A stretch of DNA of 64,000 bases from Bacteroidales bacterium (GTDB taxonomy: Bacteria; Bacteroidota; Bacteroidia; Bacteroidales; Muribaculaceae): positions 2,574 to 66,573 of the forward strand of contig JAJBVL010000029.1 of the NCBI GenBank assembly GCA_020859845.1, in the 5' to 3' direction. The translations under genes were made by a program, and so were the position numbers. Below are positions 53,879 to 63,239 of the stretch, one piece after another. The notes under the pieces are model-generated. The model was not told the DNA's origin. It did not search any database and saw only the letters and a list, made by a program, of their open reading frames with translations. Position 1 is the first letter of the stretch, and every line of letters begins with the position of its first letter.

Positions 53879-55089
53879 TGATGTTGATAGTGGTACTGCT
53901 CAATGTAGGTATCGACACCTACATCTATAGAGCTATGCGCCGACGTGGATGCTCACGTTGGCTCTGCGCTCTTCAGGCTATTACCGCTATGCTCTTTACG
54001 GCTGGAATCATTGTCACCGTCTGCTTGCCCCGACGCGATGGCGATGAGGGGATGCTGCTGGCTATCATGTGGCTCCTCTTCGCCTACTTCTCTATCTACA
54101 TACCGAAATTTCTCTTTGTGCTGCTCGACCTCATTGCGAGCATTCCAAAGCTATGGCGCCATCGACGTATGCGCTGGCTGTCATGGACTGGTGGTATAGT
54201 GGGCGGGGCTCTCTTCGTGGCCATGTGGTGGGGCGCTCTGATCAATCGCGAGCGCATGCAGATACGCGAGGTGACAGTAGAAATCCCCGGGCTGCCAACA
54301 GCCTTCGAGGGCTACCGCATCCTGCAATTCTCGGATATACATGTGGGCACCTATGGCACCGACACCCGTTTTATGGCTGAGATGGTGGAGCGTATCAATT
54401 CGCTCCATCCCGACCTTATAGCCTTTACAGGCGACATCGTCAACCGCACTACTGAAGAACTTGTGCCATTTGTGGAGACCCTCAGCGGCCTGAAGGCTCC
54501 CGACGGCGTGGTGTCGATACTTGGCAACCACGACTATGGCGACTATTACGACTGGCCCAGCGAAGCCCATAAGGCACAGAATATGACCGATCTCTATAAT
54601 TTGCAAGAACGCATGGGCTGGCGTCTGCTGCTCAACGAGACAGAGTGGCTTCATCGCGGCAACGACTCCCTGGCGGTGATAGGTGTGGAGAATGTGGGCG
54701 ACCCTCCATTTCCCACCTATGGCTCTCTGGAAGGAGCGTATGCTACGCTTGACGACTCTCAGCCAAAGATACTTCTCTCGCACAACCCAGCCCACTGGGT
54801 CAACGACATTGCCTCCAACGACAGCATCAACATAGCCCTGACCCTCAGCGGCCATACCCATGCCATGCAGATAGAGGTGGCGGGTCTATCGCCTGCCGTT
54901 TGGCGCTACCCCACATGGGGCGGCCTCTATAGCGACAGCGACCACCGCCATGAGCTCTATGTCAATATCGGAGTGGGCACAGTGGGAATACCGATGCGTC
55001 TCGGGGCAACGCCCGAACTGACAATAATCACTCTGCAACGAGCCCCGCAATCGGCTACAGCAGCCAAGGTCTATCGCGGAGAGAAGTAA
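53878..55089 (+). CDS. Membrane-anchored metallophosphoesterase.
   Basis: N-terminal TM helices are followed by FSDIHVG, GDIVN, GNHDY and SGHTH. The start is ambiguous; ATGs are at 53860, 53878 and 53881. Confidence 0.8.
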   Translation: MMLIVVLLNVGIDTYIYRAMRRRGCSRWLCALQAITAMLFTAGIIVTVCLPRRDGDEGMLLAIMWLLFAYFSIYIPKFLFVLLDLIASIPKLWRHRRMRWLSWTGGIVGGALFVAMWWGALINRERMQIREVTVEIPGLPTAFEGYRILQFSDIHVGTYGTDTRFMAEMVERINSLHPDLIAFTGDIVNRTTEELVPFVETLSGLKAPDGVVSILGNHDYGDYYDWPSEAHKAQNMTDLYNLQERMGWRLLLNETEWLHRGNDSLAVIGVENVGDPPFPTYGSLEGAYATLDDSQPKILLSHNPAHWVNDIASNDSINIALTLSGHTHAMQIEVAGLSPAVWRYPTWGGLYSDSDHRHELYVNIGVGTVGIPMRLGATPELTIITLQRAPQSATAAKVYRGEK

Positions 55090-55168
55090 GAGCCTGTACA
55101 CCCCATACATTATCAAAAAAAATAATATAACAATTTAATTCAGAATATCTCCCCCCATTTACCTAAAG

Positions 55169-57331
55169 ATGGTATCAGAACATGCGGCTATTATTAGCCA
55201 AGAACTTAATCTGGGAAAACGTCAAGTAGCGTCGACACTGCGCCTTTTAAACGAAGGTGCCACCATACCTTTTATAGCTCGCTATCGCAAAGAGGTGACC
55301 AACGGCCTGGATGAGGTGATAATCCACACCATAGCGCAGCGCAAAGAAGCGCTCGAAGAGCTTGACAAACGTAAAGCGTATATCTTAGAGACAATCGAAA
55401 GCCAAGGAGCTCTCACCCCTGAGCTACGACAACGCATTGAAGACTCTCTCGACCCCCTACAAGTAGAAGATATCTTCATGCCTTATCGCCCTAAACGACG
55501 CACCAAGGCCACTGTGGCTCGCGAGATGGGATTGGAGCCTCTGGCTAAACAGATAATGGCCCAGACCACCGACGACGCTCGGCGCCTGGCCCTTCCTTAT
55601 CTCAGCGACGAGGTGGTAGATGTCGACACAGCGCTCAATGGCGCTCAAGACATTATCGCCGAGTGGGTGAGCGACAACGAGAAGGCTCGCGCTATAGTGC
55701 GCTCCAAATATCAGCGAGGAGCGATTATCACATCCAAGCTGGTCTCGGAGGATAAAAGAGAAGAGGGCAGCAACTATCAGAACTATTTTGACTTCTCAGA
55801 GCCACTGCGTCTCTGCGCCTCCCATCGCTACCTTGCCATGCGTCGCGGCGAGAGCGAGGGGATACTCAAGGTGTCGCTCAACATCGACGATGCTGAGACG
55901 AGCGAGCGTCTGTGTCGCATGTTTGTGCGTCAGCGCCCCGGTGAGGACCCCGAGAAGGTCAACCAAGTGGCCGAGGTGATACGCCGCGCCGTCAAGGATG
56001 GCTATCGCCGGCTCTTGCGTCCATCCATAGAGACCGAAATAGCTCAGGCTGCCAAGGAGAAGAGCGACACGGCGGCTATCTCAATGTTTGCCGACAATGT
56101 GCGCCAGCTATTGATGGCCGCCCCGCTGGGGCGCAAGCGTGTGATGGGCATTGACCCGGGCTTCAACACGGGGTGTAAGGTGGCTTGTCTTGACGAGCAG
56201 GGCAACCTGTTGGCCCACGATATCATTTTCCCCACGCCACCGGCCAACGACTTCTATGGCGCTACCGACACGGTGTGTTATCTCGTTGACCGCTACCGCA
56301 TCGATGCCATCGCTGTAGGCACTGGAAGCGGCGGTCGCGACACGGAGAACTTTCTGCGGAGCATACAGTATCCACGCAAGATTACCATCTACTCGGTCAA
56401 CGAGGATGGCGCCAGCATCTATTCGGCCTCGGAGATTGCACGCCGAGAGTTTCCCGACCTGGATATCACCATCCGCAGCGCTGTCTCCATAGGGCGACGA
56501 CTGCTCGACCCTCTTGCCGAGCTGGTAAAGATAGAGCCCCGCTCCATCGGCGTGGGCCAATATCAGCACGATGTCAATAAGGCCAAACTCAAGGAGAGTC
56601 TTGACTATACGGTGAGCAGTTGTGTCAACCAGGTGGGGGTGAATGTCAATACAGCCTCGCGCGAATTGCTCTCCTACGTCTCTGGCATAGGCCCGGTGCT
56701 TGCCACCAATATCGTGGCTTATCGCGCTGAGAATGGCAACTTCAAGAGCCGTCAGGAGCTGATGAATGTGCCTCGCATGGGCGAGAAGGCTTTCCAGCAG
56801 TGTGCAGGCTTCCTTCGCATTCCAGGAGCTTCCAATCCTCTCGACAACACGGCCGTACACCCTGAGCGCTATGAACTCATAGAGCAGATGGCTGCCGATA
56901 TGAATACCAAGGTGGAGCGTCTGGTCAACGACAAAAATCTCCTCCACAACATAGAGCTCGATCGCTATATCACCAAGAAGACGGGCCTACCGACGCTCAC
57001 CGACATCATTCAAGAACTGGAGAAGCCCGGGCGCGACCCTCGCGAACGCAACGACTCCATAGAGTTTGACGACAACATACGTGGCATCGAAGACCTCCAC
57101 TTGGGGATGGTGCTCACAGGCAAGGTGACCAATCTCACGGCCTTTGGTGTCTTTGTGGATATAGGGCTGAAGTGTAATGGCTTGATTCACATCTCTCAGC
57201 TTTCAGATAAGTTTATCACCTCGCCGGCCGATGTGGTCACTGTGGGTCAGGTGGTGCGCGTCAAGGTGATCGACGTGGATGCTAATCGTGCTCGTATAGC
57301 GTTAACGCTCAAGGATGTCCCTCAACGATAG
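55169..57331 (+). CDS. tex: Tex-family RNA-binding transcription accessory protein.
   Basis: The 720-aa ORF has an N-terminal Tex domain (IPFIARYRKE), YqgF and HhH modules, and a C-terminal S1 domain. Confidence 0.9.
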   Translation: MVSEHAAIISQELNLGKRQVASTLRLLNEGATIPFIARYRKEVTNGLDEVIIHTIAQRKEALEELDKRKAYILETIESQGALTPELRQRIEDSLDPLQVEDIFMPYRPKRRTKATVAREMGLEPLAKQIMAQTTDDARRLALPYLSDEVVDVDTALNGAQDIIAEWVSDNEKARAIVRSKYQRGAIITSKLVSEDKREEGSNYQNYFDFSEPLRLCASHRYLAMRRGESEGILKVSLNIDDAETSERLCRMFVRQRPGEDPEKVNQVAEVIRRAVKDGYRRLLRPSIETEIAQAAKEKSDTAAISMFADNVRQLLMAAPLGRKRVMGIDPGFNTGCKVACLDEQGNLLAHDIIFPTPPANDFYGATDTVCYLVDRYRIDAIAVGTGSGGRDTENFLRSIQYPRKITIYSVNEDGASIYSASEIARREFPDLDITIRSAVSIGRRLLDPLAELVKIEPRSIGVGQYQHDVNKAKLKESLDYTVSSCVNQVGVNVNTASRELLSYVSGIGPVLATNIVAYRAENGNFKSRQELMNVPRMGEKAFQQCAGFLRIPGASNPLDNTAVHPERYELIEQMAADMNTKVERLVNDKNLLHNIELDRYITKKTGLPTLTDIIQELEKPGRDPRERNDSIEFDDNIRGIEDLHLGMVLTGKVTNLTAFGVFVDIGLKCNGLIHISQLSDKFITSPADVVTVGQVVRVKVIDVDANRARIALTLKDVPQR

Positions 57332-57737
57332 AGACGAGCAGCAGCCCCACAAAGTGTGGCTAAGCGTGGGTAGCAACGTGGCTGAGCGTCAGCAAGAGAT
57401 TTTCTTTGCTATCCACTTTCTGGATGGTCTGCTTGACCATCTGGAGATATCGCCCTGCTATTCTACGCCAGCCCTCAACGGGCGCGATGCCGACTATCTC
57501 AACACCGTGGCCACGGGCTATTACCGGGGAGATAGGGACGGCCTGCAGAGAGTGTGCAAGGAGTATGAGCGCGCTCGTGGACGCACGCCTCAATCCAAGG
57601 CTTGCGGAGAGATAGTGATCGACCTGGATATCGTAGTATGGGGTGATGAGGTGGTGAGAGAAGCCGACTTTCATCGCGCCTACTTCACGCGGGGCTATCA
57701 ATGGCTGCTCAAGGCTTCTTCGGGTACCGATAGATGA
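57315..57737 (+). CDS. folK: Probable 2-amino-4-hydroxy-6-hydroxymethyldihydropteridine diphosphokinase (HPPK-like).
   Basis: It contains VWLSVGSN, then SPCYSTPA, DYLNTV and IDLDIV, in HPPK-like order. It overlaps tex by 17 nt and comEC by 40 nt. Confidence 0.5.
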   Translation: MSLNDRDEQQPHKVWLSVGSNVAERQQEIFFAIHFLDGLLDHLEISPCYSTPALNGRDADYLNTVATGYYRGDRDGLQRVCKEYERARGRTPQSKACGEIVIDLDIVVWGDEVVREADFHRAYFTRGYQWLLKASSGTDR

Positions 57738-59677
57738 AGACAGCGGTCGCGTAGCGAGAAGTAGGGGAGGCCCATGCTGTCGCAGCAGGCGCCATAAGCC
57801 AGACGCCACTTCTTATTGAGACTGCTCCCCAACACGATGGTGTCGGGTCGAAAGCGCTCCACCACTATCTCCAACGAATCTTTAAAGCCTTGCTCCACCA
57901 CAAGATAAGGGATATGTCTATCTTGATAGCGCCAAAGCATAGTGTCGCTGTCCCAGTGGTGGCCCAGGAGCAAGATTGTAGTCCCTCCGAGAGTAATTGC
58001 CTGTGGGTGATACTCCACCCCGAGAGAATCCACTGAAGGCTTCATGCTATCGAGGCGAGCTATGCGCCGACGCGACATGTAGGGTGCATAGCGCTGCTCT
58101 GCCTCTTGATGTAGCATTCGCTTGATGGCGAATGGATTGGAGGGAGGATTGGCGGTGTTGATACGACAATCTATGCTCAGCCTGTTGCCCTGCCCGTAGA
58201 TAGCCTCGGTGAATCGGCCGCGCCCCACGATGTAGAGATGGCTCTCAGTGCCATCGGCCTCTTCGGGAGTAAAGATGGCCAGCAATACCAACGTCGAAGC
58301 GAGACATCCACTGACGGCAATATAGCGCCTCTGACGCTGATGCCACCATAGCAGAGCCGTCAGGATGGCTGCTCCGTAGATGATGAGCCACCAAGCGGGG
58401 AAGTAGATATCTGTCACTAATGCTCCTTCAAGGCTGCCTACGCTACGCGCTATCCACTCCAGGATAGCGTAGAGTATATCCACAGCCTTGCAGGCCCAAG
58501 CGCTTTGCCAACCCAGACCTTCGAGCGCTACCACCAGAAATCCCCCACCGAGAAGCGGCGTGAGCAGCAGCCCTGTGGCAAGATTGGAGAGAAGAAAGTA
58601 GACGGGGAAGGTGTGGAAATGGTAAGCAGCCACTGCACCTGTGCCTATCATAGCAGCTATGGGGACAGTGAAAGCAAGACCTATGCGGTGGAGTGTCCAG
58701 CGATGCTCGTCGATGGGGTTGAGGGGGCGCGCCAGTAGCAAGATGGCGAGCACTGCAAGAAACGATAGCTGAAACCCCGCACTGAAGAGTTGCTCGGGTG
58801 CCACCACGAGAATGATAATAGCTGCTGCCGCAAGGGTGTTGACGGGCGAGTAGTGGCGTTGCCAAAGGCCTGCTAAAAGCCAGAGCGATGTCATCACCAC
58901 AGCGCGTGTCACCGAAGCCGAAAAGCCCGTCAGGGCAGCATAGGCCCACAAGGCTACAATGATGGCCACAACCCACCATGAGCGTTGGCCAAACGTGCGT
59001 AGCGGCCATAACAACCACCCTATCAGCAACATCACGATGCCCACATGGAGACCGCTCAAGGCCAGGATATGAGAGAGGCCTGAGCGGCTATATATCTCCC
59101 GGAGGTCGCTCGTCAGCCATTCTTTCTCGCCCGTGATGGTGGTGATTAAGAATTGTCGGGTGGAGCTTTGGAGAGGGGCATCCTGCAGCAACTCTATTAT
59201 CCGCTGTCGCCACTGGCGGCATGTGGTGGAGAAGTTCTGGGGAGTGTCAACGGCAATCAGTTGACGCGTGTTGACCATACCGCTGACGCTTACTCCCTGG
59301 CGCTTAAGCAAAGCTGCATAGTCGAGCTCATCGGGTAGAAAGGTATGGCTCTCGAGGGAAGAAAGCTGAGCCTTGAAGATCAAGACATCGTCCACGTCTA
59401 CTCGTGGCTCGAAGTCGGTGATGTAGATGGATGCCAAGAGCGGCTGGCAAGGCTCGAGAGTGTCGGGCGAGAATCCGCAGCGGCGCAGCTCCACGATGCA
59501 ATTCTGCGACGTGGCGCCTACGCGGTATCTCTCCACTTTTGCTTCCCAAAATGCAGCCTCGTCGGTCACAATCTGCAAGCGTGGCTCGGGCATGAACCTA
59601 TCCAACGCAACACACCATCCCACTACTACCAGAAGTATCGGCAGCAAGGGGATGGTGTGAAGTAGACGGTGTATCAC
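57698..59677 (-). CDS. comEC: ComEC/Rec2-family DNA internalisation channel protein.
   Basis: The 659-aa polytopic protein carries the LSHILALSGLHVGIV competence motif and a C-terminal metallo-beta-lactamase-like region. It starts at a GTG. Confidence 0.8.
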   Translation of the reverse strand: MIHRLLHTIPLLPILLVVVGWCVALDRFMPEPRLQIVTDEAAFWEAKVERYRVGATSQNCIVELRRCGFSPDTLEPCQPLLASIYITDFEPRVDVDDVLIFKAQLSSLESHTFLPDELDYAALLKRQGVSVSGMVNTRQLIAVDTPQNFSTTCRQWRQRIIELLQDAPLQSSTRQFLITTITGEKEWLTSDLREIYSRSGLSHILALSGLHVGIVMLLIGWLLWPLRTFGQRSWWVVAIIVALWAYAALTGFSASVTRAVVMTSLWLLAGLWQRHYSPVNTLAAAAIIILVVAPEQLFSAGFQLSFLAVLAILLLARPLNPIDEHRWTLHRIGLAFTVPIAAMIGTGAVAAYHFHTFPVYFLLSNLATGLLLTPLLGGGFLVVALEGLGWQSAWACKAVDILYAILEWIARSVGSLEGALVTDIYFPAWWLIIYGAAILTALLWWHQRQRRYIAVSGCLASTLVLLAIFTPEEADGTESHLYIVGRGRFTEAIYGQGNRLSIDCRINTANPPSNPFAIKRMLHQEAEQRYAPYMSRRRIARLDSMKPSVDSLGVEYHPQAITLGGTTILLLGHHWDSDTMLWRYQDRHIPYLVVEQGFKDSLEIVVERFRPDTIVLGSSLNKKWRLAYGACCDSMGLPYFSLRDRCLHLSVPEEALSSH

Positions 59678-59688
59678 GCGCGTCGTCG

Positions 59689-60639
59689 TCAGGGGATGGT
59701 GTTGAGCACCACAAAGAAGCTGCTCACGCCAATCACTATCCAGAGGATAATAGCCAGCAGCAGAGGCTTAGCTCCAACGCTCTTGATGGTCTTGAGCGAC
59801 AGACTGGCGCCTATCAACAGCAGTGTCAATACAAGGCCCTTCTTGGCGAGCCATACGAGCCATTCGCTGGCCACTTCGGGAAGCCCGCAATAGGTGTTGA
59901 TAATCATGGCGAGGATGAAGAGGAAGATAAACCATGGGATAGAGATGCGGCTCGACTTGTCGCGGAAGATGACCATGGTAAACAGCGCCAAGGGGATAAT
60001 CCATAGGGCACGTGTCAGCTTGATAAGAGTGGCAAGCTGGAGAGCCTCCTGGCCATAAGCCTCGCCGGCTCCCACCACCGACGAGGTGTCGTGGATGGCG
60101 ATGGCTGCCCAGGTGCCAAACTGAGCCTGCGACATGTCGAAGAAATGACCAATAGGGGGGAAGATAAAGAGGGCAATGGCGTTGAGGATAAAGATGACGC
60201 CGAGCGACACGGCCATCTCATGCTCGTTGGCCTTCAACACAGGGCCTACAGCGGCGATGGCGCTGCCACCACAGATGGCGGTGCCCGAGGCTATGAGATA
60301 CGATGTCTTGCGATTGATCATCATCCAGTAGCCTACCATCACGCCGATAATCATCACACCGATCACCGACACCACGGTAAACAACATTCCTTCCGAACCG
60401 CTCTTGAGCGACTCGTTGACATTCATGCCAAATCCCAGACCCACCACCGAGGCTTGGAGGAGATACTTGGAGGTCTTCTTGTTGAACTTTGGATATGGAC
60501 ATTCAAAAACAAAGGCAAAGATAAGCCCCAAGAAGAGGGCTACGGCTGGAGTGATGTACTGGGGCAACCCCAATTTCTCAAAGGGGAAAAGCACCAGGAT
60601 AATGAGGCCAATATAGACCCACTTAGCTGTTTTTTTCAT
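59689..60639 (-). CDS. YeiH/UPF0324-family putative sulfate-exporter-type membrane protein.
   Basis: It contains GTAICGGSAIAA and AIHDTSSVVGAG. The ATG at 60639 is preferred; the ORF-track start at 60684 is GTG. Confidence 0.7.
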   Translation of the reverse strand: MKKTAKWVYIGLIILVLFPFEKLGLPQYITPAVALFLGLIFAFVFECPYPKFNKKTSKYLLQASVVGLGFGMNVNESLKSGSEGMLFTVVSVIGVMIIGVMVGYWMMINRKTSYLIASGTAICGGSAIAAVGPVLKANEHEMAVSLGVIFILNAIALFIFPPIGHFFDMSQAQFGTWAAIAIHDTSSVVGAGEAYGQEALQLATLIKLTRALWIIPLALFTMVIFRDKSSRISIPWFIFLFILAMIINTYCGLPEVASEWLVWLAKKGLVLTLLLIGASLSLKTIKSVGAKPLLLAIILWIVIGVSSFFVVLNTIP

Positions 60640-60808
60640 ATTTTGGTTATTAAAGAAATGTCTCTCTGGTAGAGGATATTCCACACTGTGTATTATTGAT
60701 CTCTGCTCAGAAAACGCAGAGTTGGCTCTCGTTGGTATATCCTTGGGGGTAGATTTAACGTTGGGGCTCCATCTTTAACCATCCTCTTTATCTCTTAACT
60801 TAAGATTG

Positions 60809-61567
60809 TTATGATTGCCATATATTCCAAGCAGCGAAGGCTTGGAGCAGGAGCATCTCAAGGCCATTTTTGGTTTCGGCGCCATAGCTCGCCCCGCGCT
60901 TCATGAAGAGGGTGGTGTCGGGGTTGTAGAGCAGGTCGTAGAGCAGGTGGGAGGGGGTCAAGAGGTGGTAAGGAATGTCGGGACACTGCTCGATATGGGG
61001 ATACATCCCCAGGGGCGTGGTGTTGACTATCACCTTGTGGGTATCCATCACCTCGGGGGTGAGGTCGGCATAGGAGAGCATACCAGGTCGCGGCGTGCGC
61101 GACACGTAGGTGGGCTCTACCCCCAGATTGAGCAGGCCCTGATAGATGGCTTTGGCAGCGCCGCCGGTGCCGAGCACGAGAGCCTTCTTGCGCTCAGGGG
61201 TGAGAAGAGGACGGATGGAGTCGCAGAAGCCGATAATGTCGCTGTTGTATCCCTTCAGCTTCACTTTCCCTCCTTTGGCAGGGATAATCTTTATGACGTT
61301 GACAGCGCCAATCTTGGCAGCATCCTCGTCCATCTCGTCCATAAAGGGAATCACTTGCTCCTTGTAGGGTATAGTGACGTTGAGGCCCGCCAACCTTGGC
61401 GTGTCAGCAATGACGCTCTTAAAGTCGTCGATGGTGGGGATCTCAAAATTGATGTAGCAAGCATCCACTCCCTCGGCTTCAAACTTCTGGTTGAAGTAGT
61501 TTTGCGAGAAAGAATGACCCAACGGGTAGCCTATCAGGCCATAAACGTATTTTTGATTCACTGGCAT
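60809..61567 (-). CDS. aroE: Shikimate dehydrogenase.
   Basis: It contains GLIGYPLGHSFS, LNVTIPYK and GTGGAAKA. Confidence 0.88.
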   Translation of the reverse strand: MPVNQKYVYGLIGYPLGHSFSQNYFNQKFEAEGVDACYINFEIPTIDDFKSVIADTPRLAGLNVTIPYKEQVIPFMDEMDEDAAKIGAVNVIKIIPAKGGKVKLKGYNSDIIGFCDSIRPLLTPERKKALVLGTGGAAKAIYQGLLNLGVEPTYVSRTPRPGMLSYADLTPEVMDTHKVIVNTTPLGMYPHIEQCPDIPYHLLTPSHLLYDLLYNPDTTLFMKRGASYGAETKNGLEMLLLQAFAAWNIWQS

Positions 61568-61620
61568 GTAAGATAAAACATGAAAAATGGTGACAAATGA
61601 TTTATAATACGAATGAACTG

Positions 61621-61628
61621 CAAAATTA
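61621..61628 (-). promoter_or_regulatory. TAnnTTTG promoter motif for aroE.
   Basis: CAAAATTA on the plus strand reads TAATTTTG on the minus strand, 54 nt upstream of the ATG at 61567. Confidence 0.45.
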
Positions 61629-61660
61629 CTAAAAGAGGTTTAAAAAGTGATAAAGCGAGC

Positions 61661-61724
61661 CCAAAAAATTTAAACTTCACCGCCACATCAGTGCCTTAAA
61701 GGGGTGCGCGATGTGGCGGTGAAG
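61661..61724 (-). terminator. Long perfect hairpin plus T-run; terminator of the small membrane-protein gene.
   Basis: CTTCACCGCCACATC (61675-61689) pairs with GATGTGGCGGTGAAG (61710-61724) in a 15-bp perfect stem with a 20-nt loop. TTTAAATTTTTTGG follows on the minus strand. Confidence 0.7.
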
Positions 61725-61766
61725 TATATGGTGGATAATAAAGATGCGATGTAGGCTATGTGTAGG

Positions 61767-61937
61767 CTATTTGGTCTTGGCCACATAGGCTACAAAGGCG
61801 AGGATGAAAGCTACGAGAGCCAAGCCAGCGCCTATCGAAACAAATACGAGATTGCCACCCGACATAAAAATTGTGGCGATCAGAAATCCTATGGCTATCA
61901 CTGCAAAGATGATAGCAAGAACAATGAGTGCTTTCAT
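61767..61937 (-). CDS. Small (56 aa) hydrophobic two-helix membrane protein.
   Basis: It runs from the ATG at 61937 to the TAG at 61767-61769 and is too short for the ORF track. Hand translation gives MKALIVLAIIFAVIAIGFLIATIFMSGGNLVFVSIGAGLALVAFILAFVAYVAKTK. A strong terminator lies downstream. Confidence 0.5.
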   Translation of the reverse strand: MKALIVLAIIFAVIAIGFLIATIFMSGGNLVFVSIGAGLALVAFILAFVAYVAKTK

Positions 61938-62072
61938 AATAAATAGTGCGTTACGAGTTGTTTTATACGTTCTTTACTACTATAACGCGCCGCGTGGGAG
62001 ATTGTTCTATGGGGGAGGGAGGGGATTAAAAGGGTAAAAGCTAAAAAGGTAAGGAGCCAAAGGGGAAAAGGG

Positions 62073-63239
62073 TTAAAGGATGTGGGAGAGGATGGCTTTC
62101 TGGTAGGTGGCCATCGTCTGCTCGGCCATGCGCTTGGTGTCGAAGCGCCGGGCTTGGCGTGGGGCCTCCTTGGCCAGGCGGTCGTGATAGTAAGCATCGT
62201 CGACGAGGCGCGAGGCTTCATGGATGTAAGCGTCCACGTCGTCGGGGCCTACATAGACGGCGGCCTTGCCTCCAGCCTCTTCAAGACAGGAGCCTGTGGC
62301 AGCGATGACGGGGGTTCCCACCGAGAGCGACTCCACCACAGGAAGTCCGAAGCCTTCATAGCGCGAGGTGTAGGATGAGCATCGCGCCAAGGCATAGAGA
62401 TAGGGGAGGTCGGCAAATGGCACGTCGGTGAGCCACATCACGCGGTCCGTTAGATGGTTGGAGGCTATATAACGGTCGATTTCGTCGGCGTAGGGGCGGG
62501 TGCGTCGTCCCACGATGGCCAAACGCACGTCGGCAGGCAGTCCACGCAGCCCCTTTACGGCCAGCAACTGGTTTTTGCGGCTCTGGATGGTGCCCACGCT
62601 GAGGATAAAACGCTCGGGGAGCTTGTATTTAGCCTTTATCTCCTCGCGTCGCGTGGGGTCGATATGCTGGGAGAAGGCAGGGTCGCAACTCTGATAGATC
62701 ACGTCGATGCGCTCGGGGTCAACGCCGAAGTCGTTGACTACGTCCTCCTTGGTCTTCTGGCTGATAGCGATAATGCGGCTTGCAGAGCGTGCCGAGCGTC
62801 CATATTTGAAGTCGTAGAGGTGGCGGTCGATCCAGGCGTAGTCTTGTGGGATACGGCGCCATATCACGTCGTGGATGGTCACCACCGAGGGAATTCCTGT
62901 CTGCTTAAGGTTGAGTGGCAGCTCGTTGCTCAGCCCATGATATACATCTACCCCATCGCCAGCTGCCTGAATGGGAATCTCCATCGAGCGCCAGAGGCTA
63001 CCAGCCCGCCGCCATCCTCCTCTCGGAAGGACCGTGGTGACGTTGGGCAGACCAGTAAAGCCCTCCACGCGACTCTTAAGGCTCTCGCGAGCTGCGCTGG
63101 GAGAGTAGAGCAAATACTGGTTTTTGGGATATAGGAGAGCCATCGTGGCTATCACGTAGCGCGAATAGTTGCCCAGGCCAGTGGTGTTGAGTAGGGCTCG
63201 CTTGGCGTCAAAGGCTATTTTTAGGGGTGTGGCGTTCAT
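62073..63239 (-). CDS. GT4-family (GT1-fold) glycosyltransferase.
   Basis: The 388-aa ORF has a C-terminal EGFGLPVVESLSVGTPVIA motif. Confidence 0.8.
   Translation of the reverse strand: MNATPLKIAFDAKRALLNTTGLGNYSRYVIATMALLYPKNQYLLYSPSAARESLKSRVEGFTGLPNVTTVLPRGGWRRAGSLWRSMEIPIQAAGDGVDVYHGLSNELPLNLKQTGIPSVVTIHDVIWRRIPQDYAWIDRHLYDFKYGRSARSASRIIAISQKTKEDVVNDFGVDPERIDVIYQSCDPAFSQHIDPTRREEIKAKYKLPERFILSVGTIQSRKNQLLAVKGLRGLPADVRLAIVGRRTRPYADEIDRYIASNHLTDRVMWLTDVPFADLPYLYALARCSSYTSRYEGFGLPVVESLSVGTPVIAATGSCLEEAGGKAAVYVGPDDVDAYIHEASRLVDDAYYHDRLAKEAPRQARRFDTKRMAEQTMATYQKAILSHIL

Noticed and set aside
57698-57737. A 40-nt convergent overlap between the folK-like gene and comEC, considered as a possible regulatory antisense arrangement.
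   Set aside because: Short convergent 3' overlaps are common. The folK-like call and its stop are only moderately certain. No structure or repeat is visible in the overlap.
60698-60718. A fourth copy of the CTCTGC...GCAGAG hairpin (CTCTGCTCAGAAAACGCAGAG) between aroE and the yeiH-like gene.
   Set aside because: Only the 6-bp stem is shared. The loop and flanks are unrelated to R1-R3, so it is probably an independent small hairpin.
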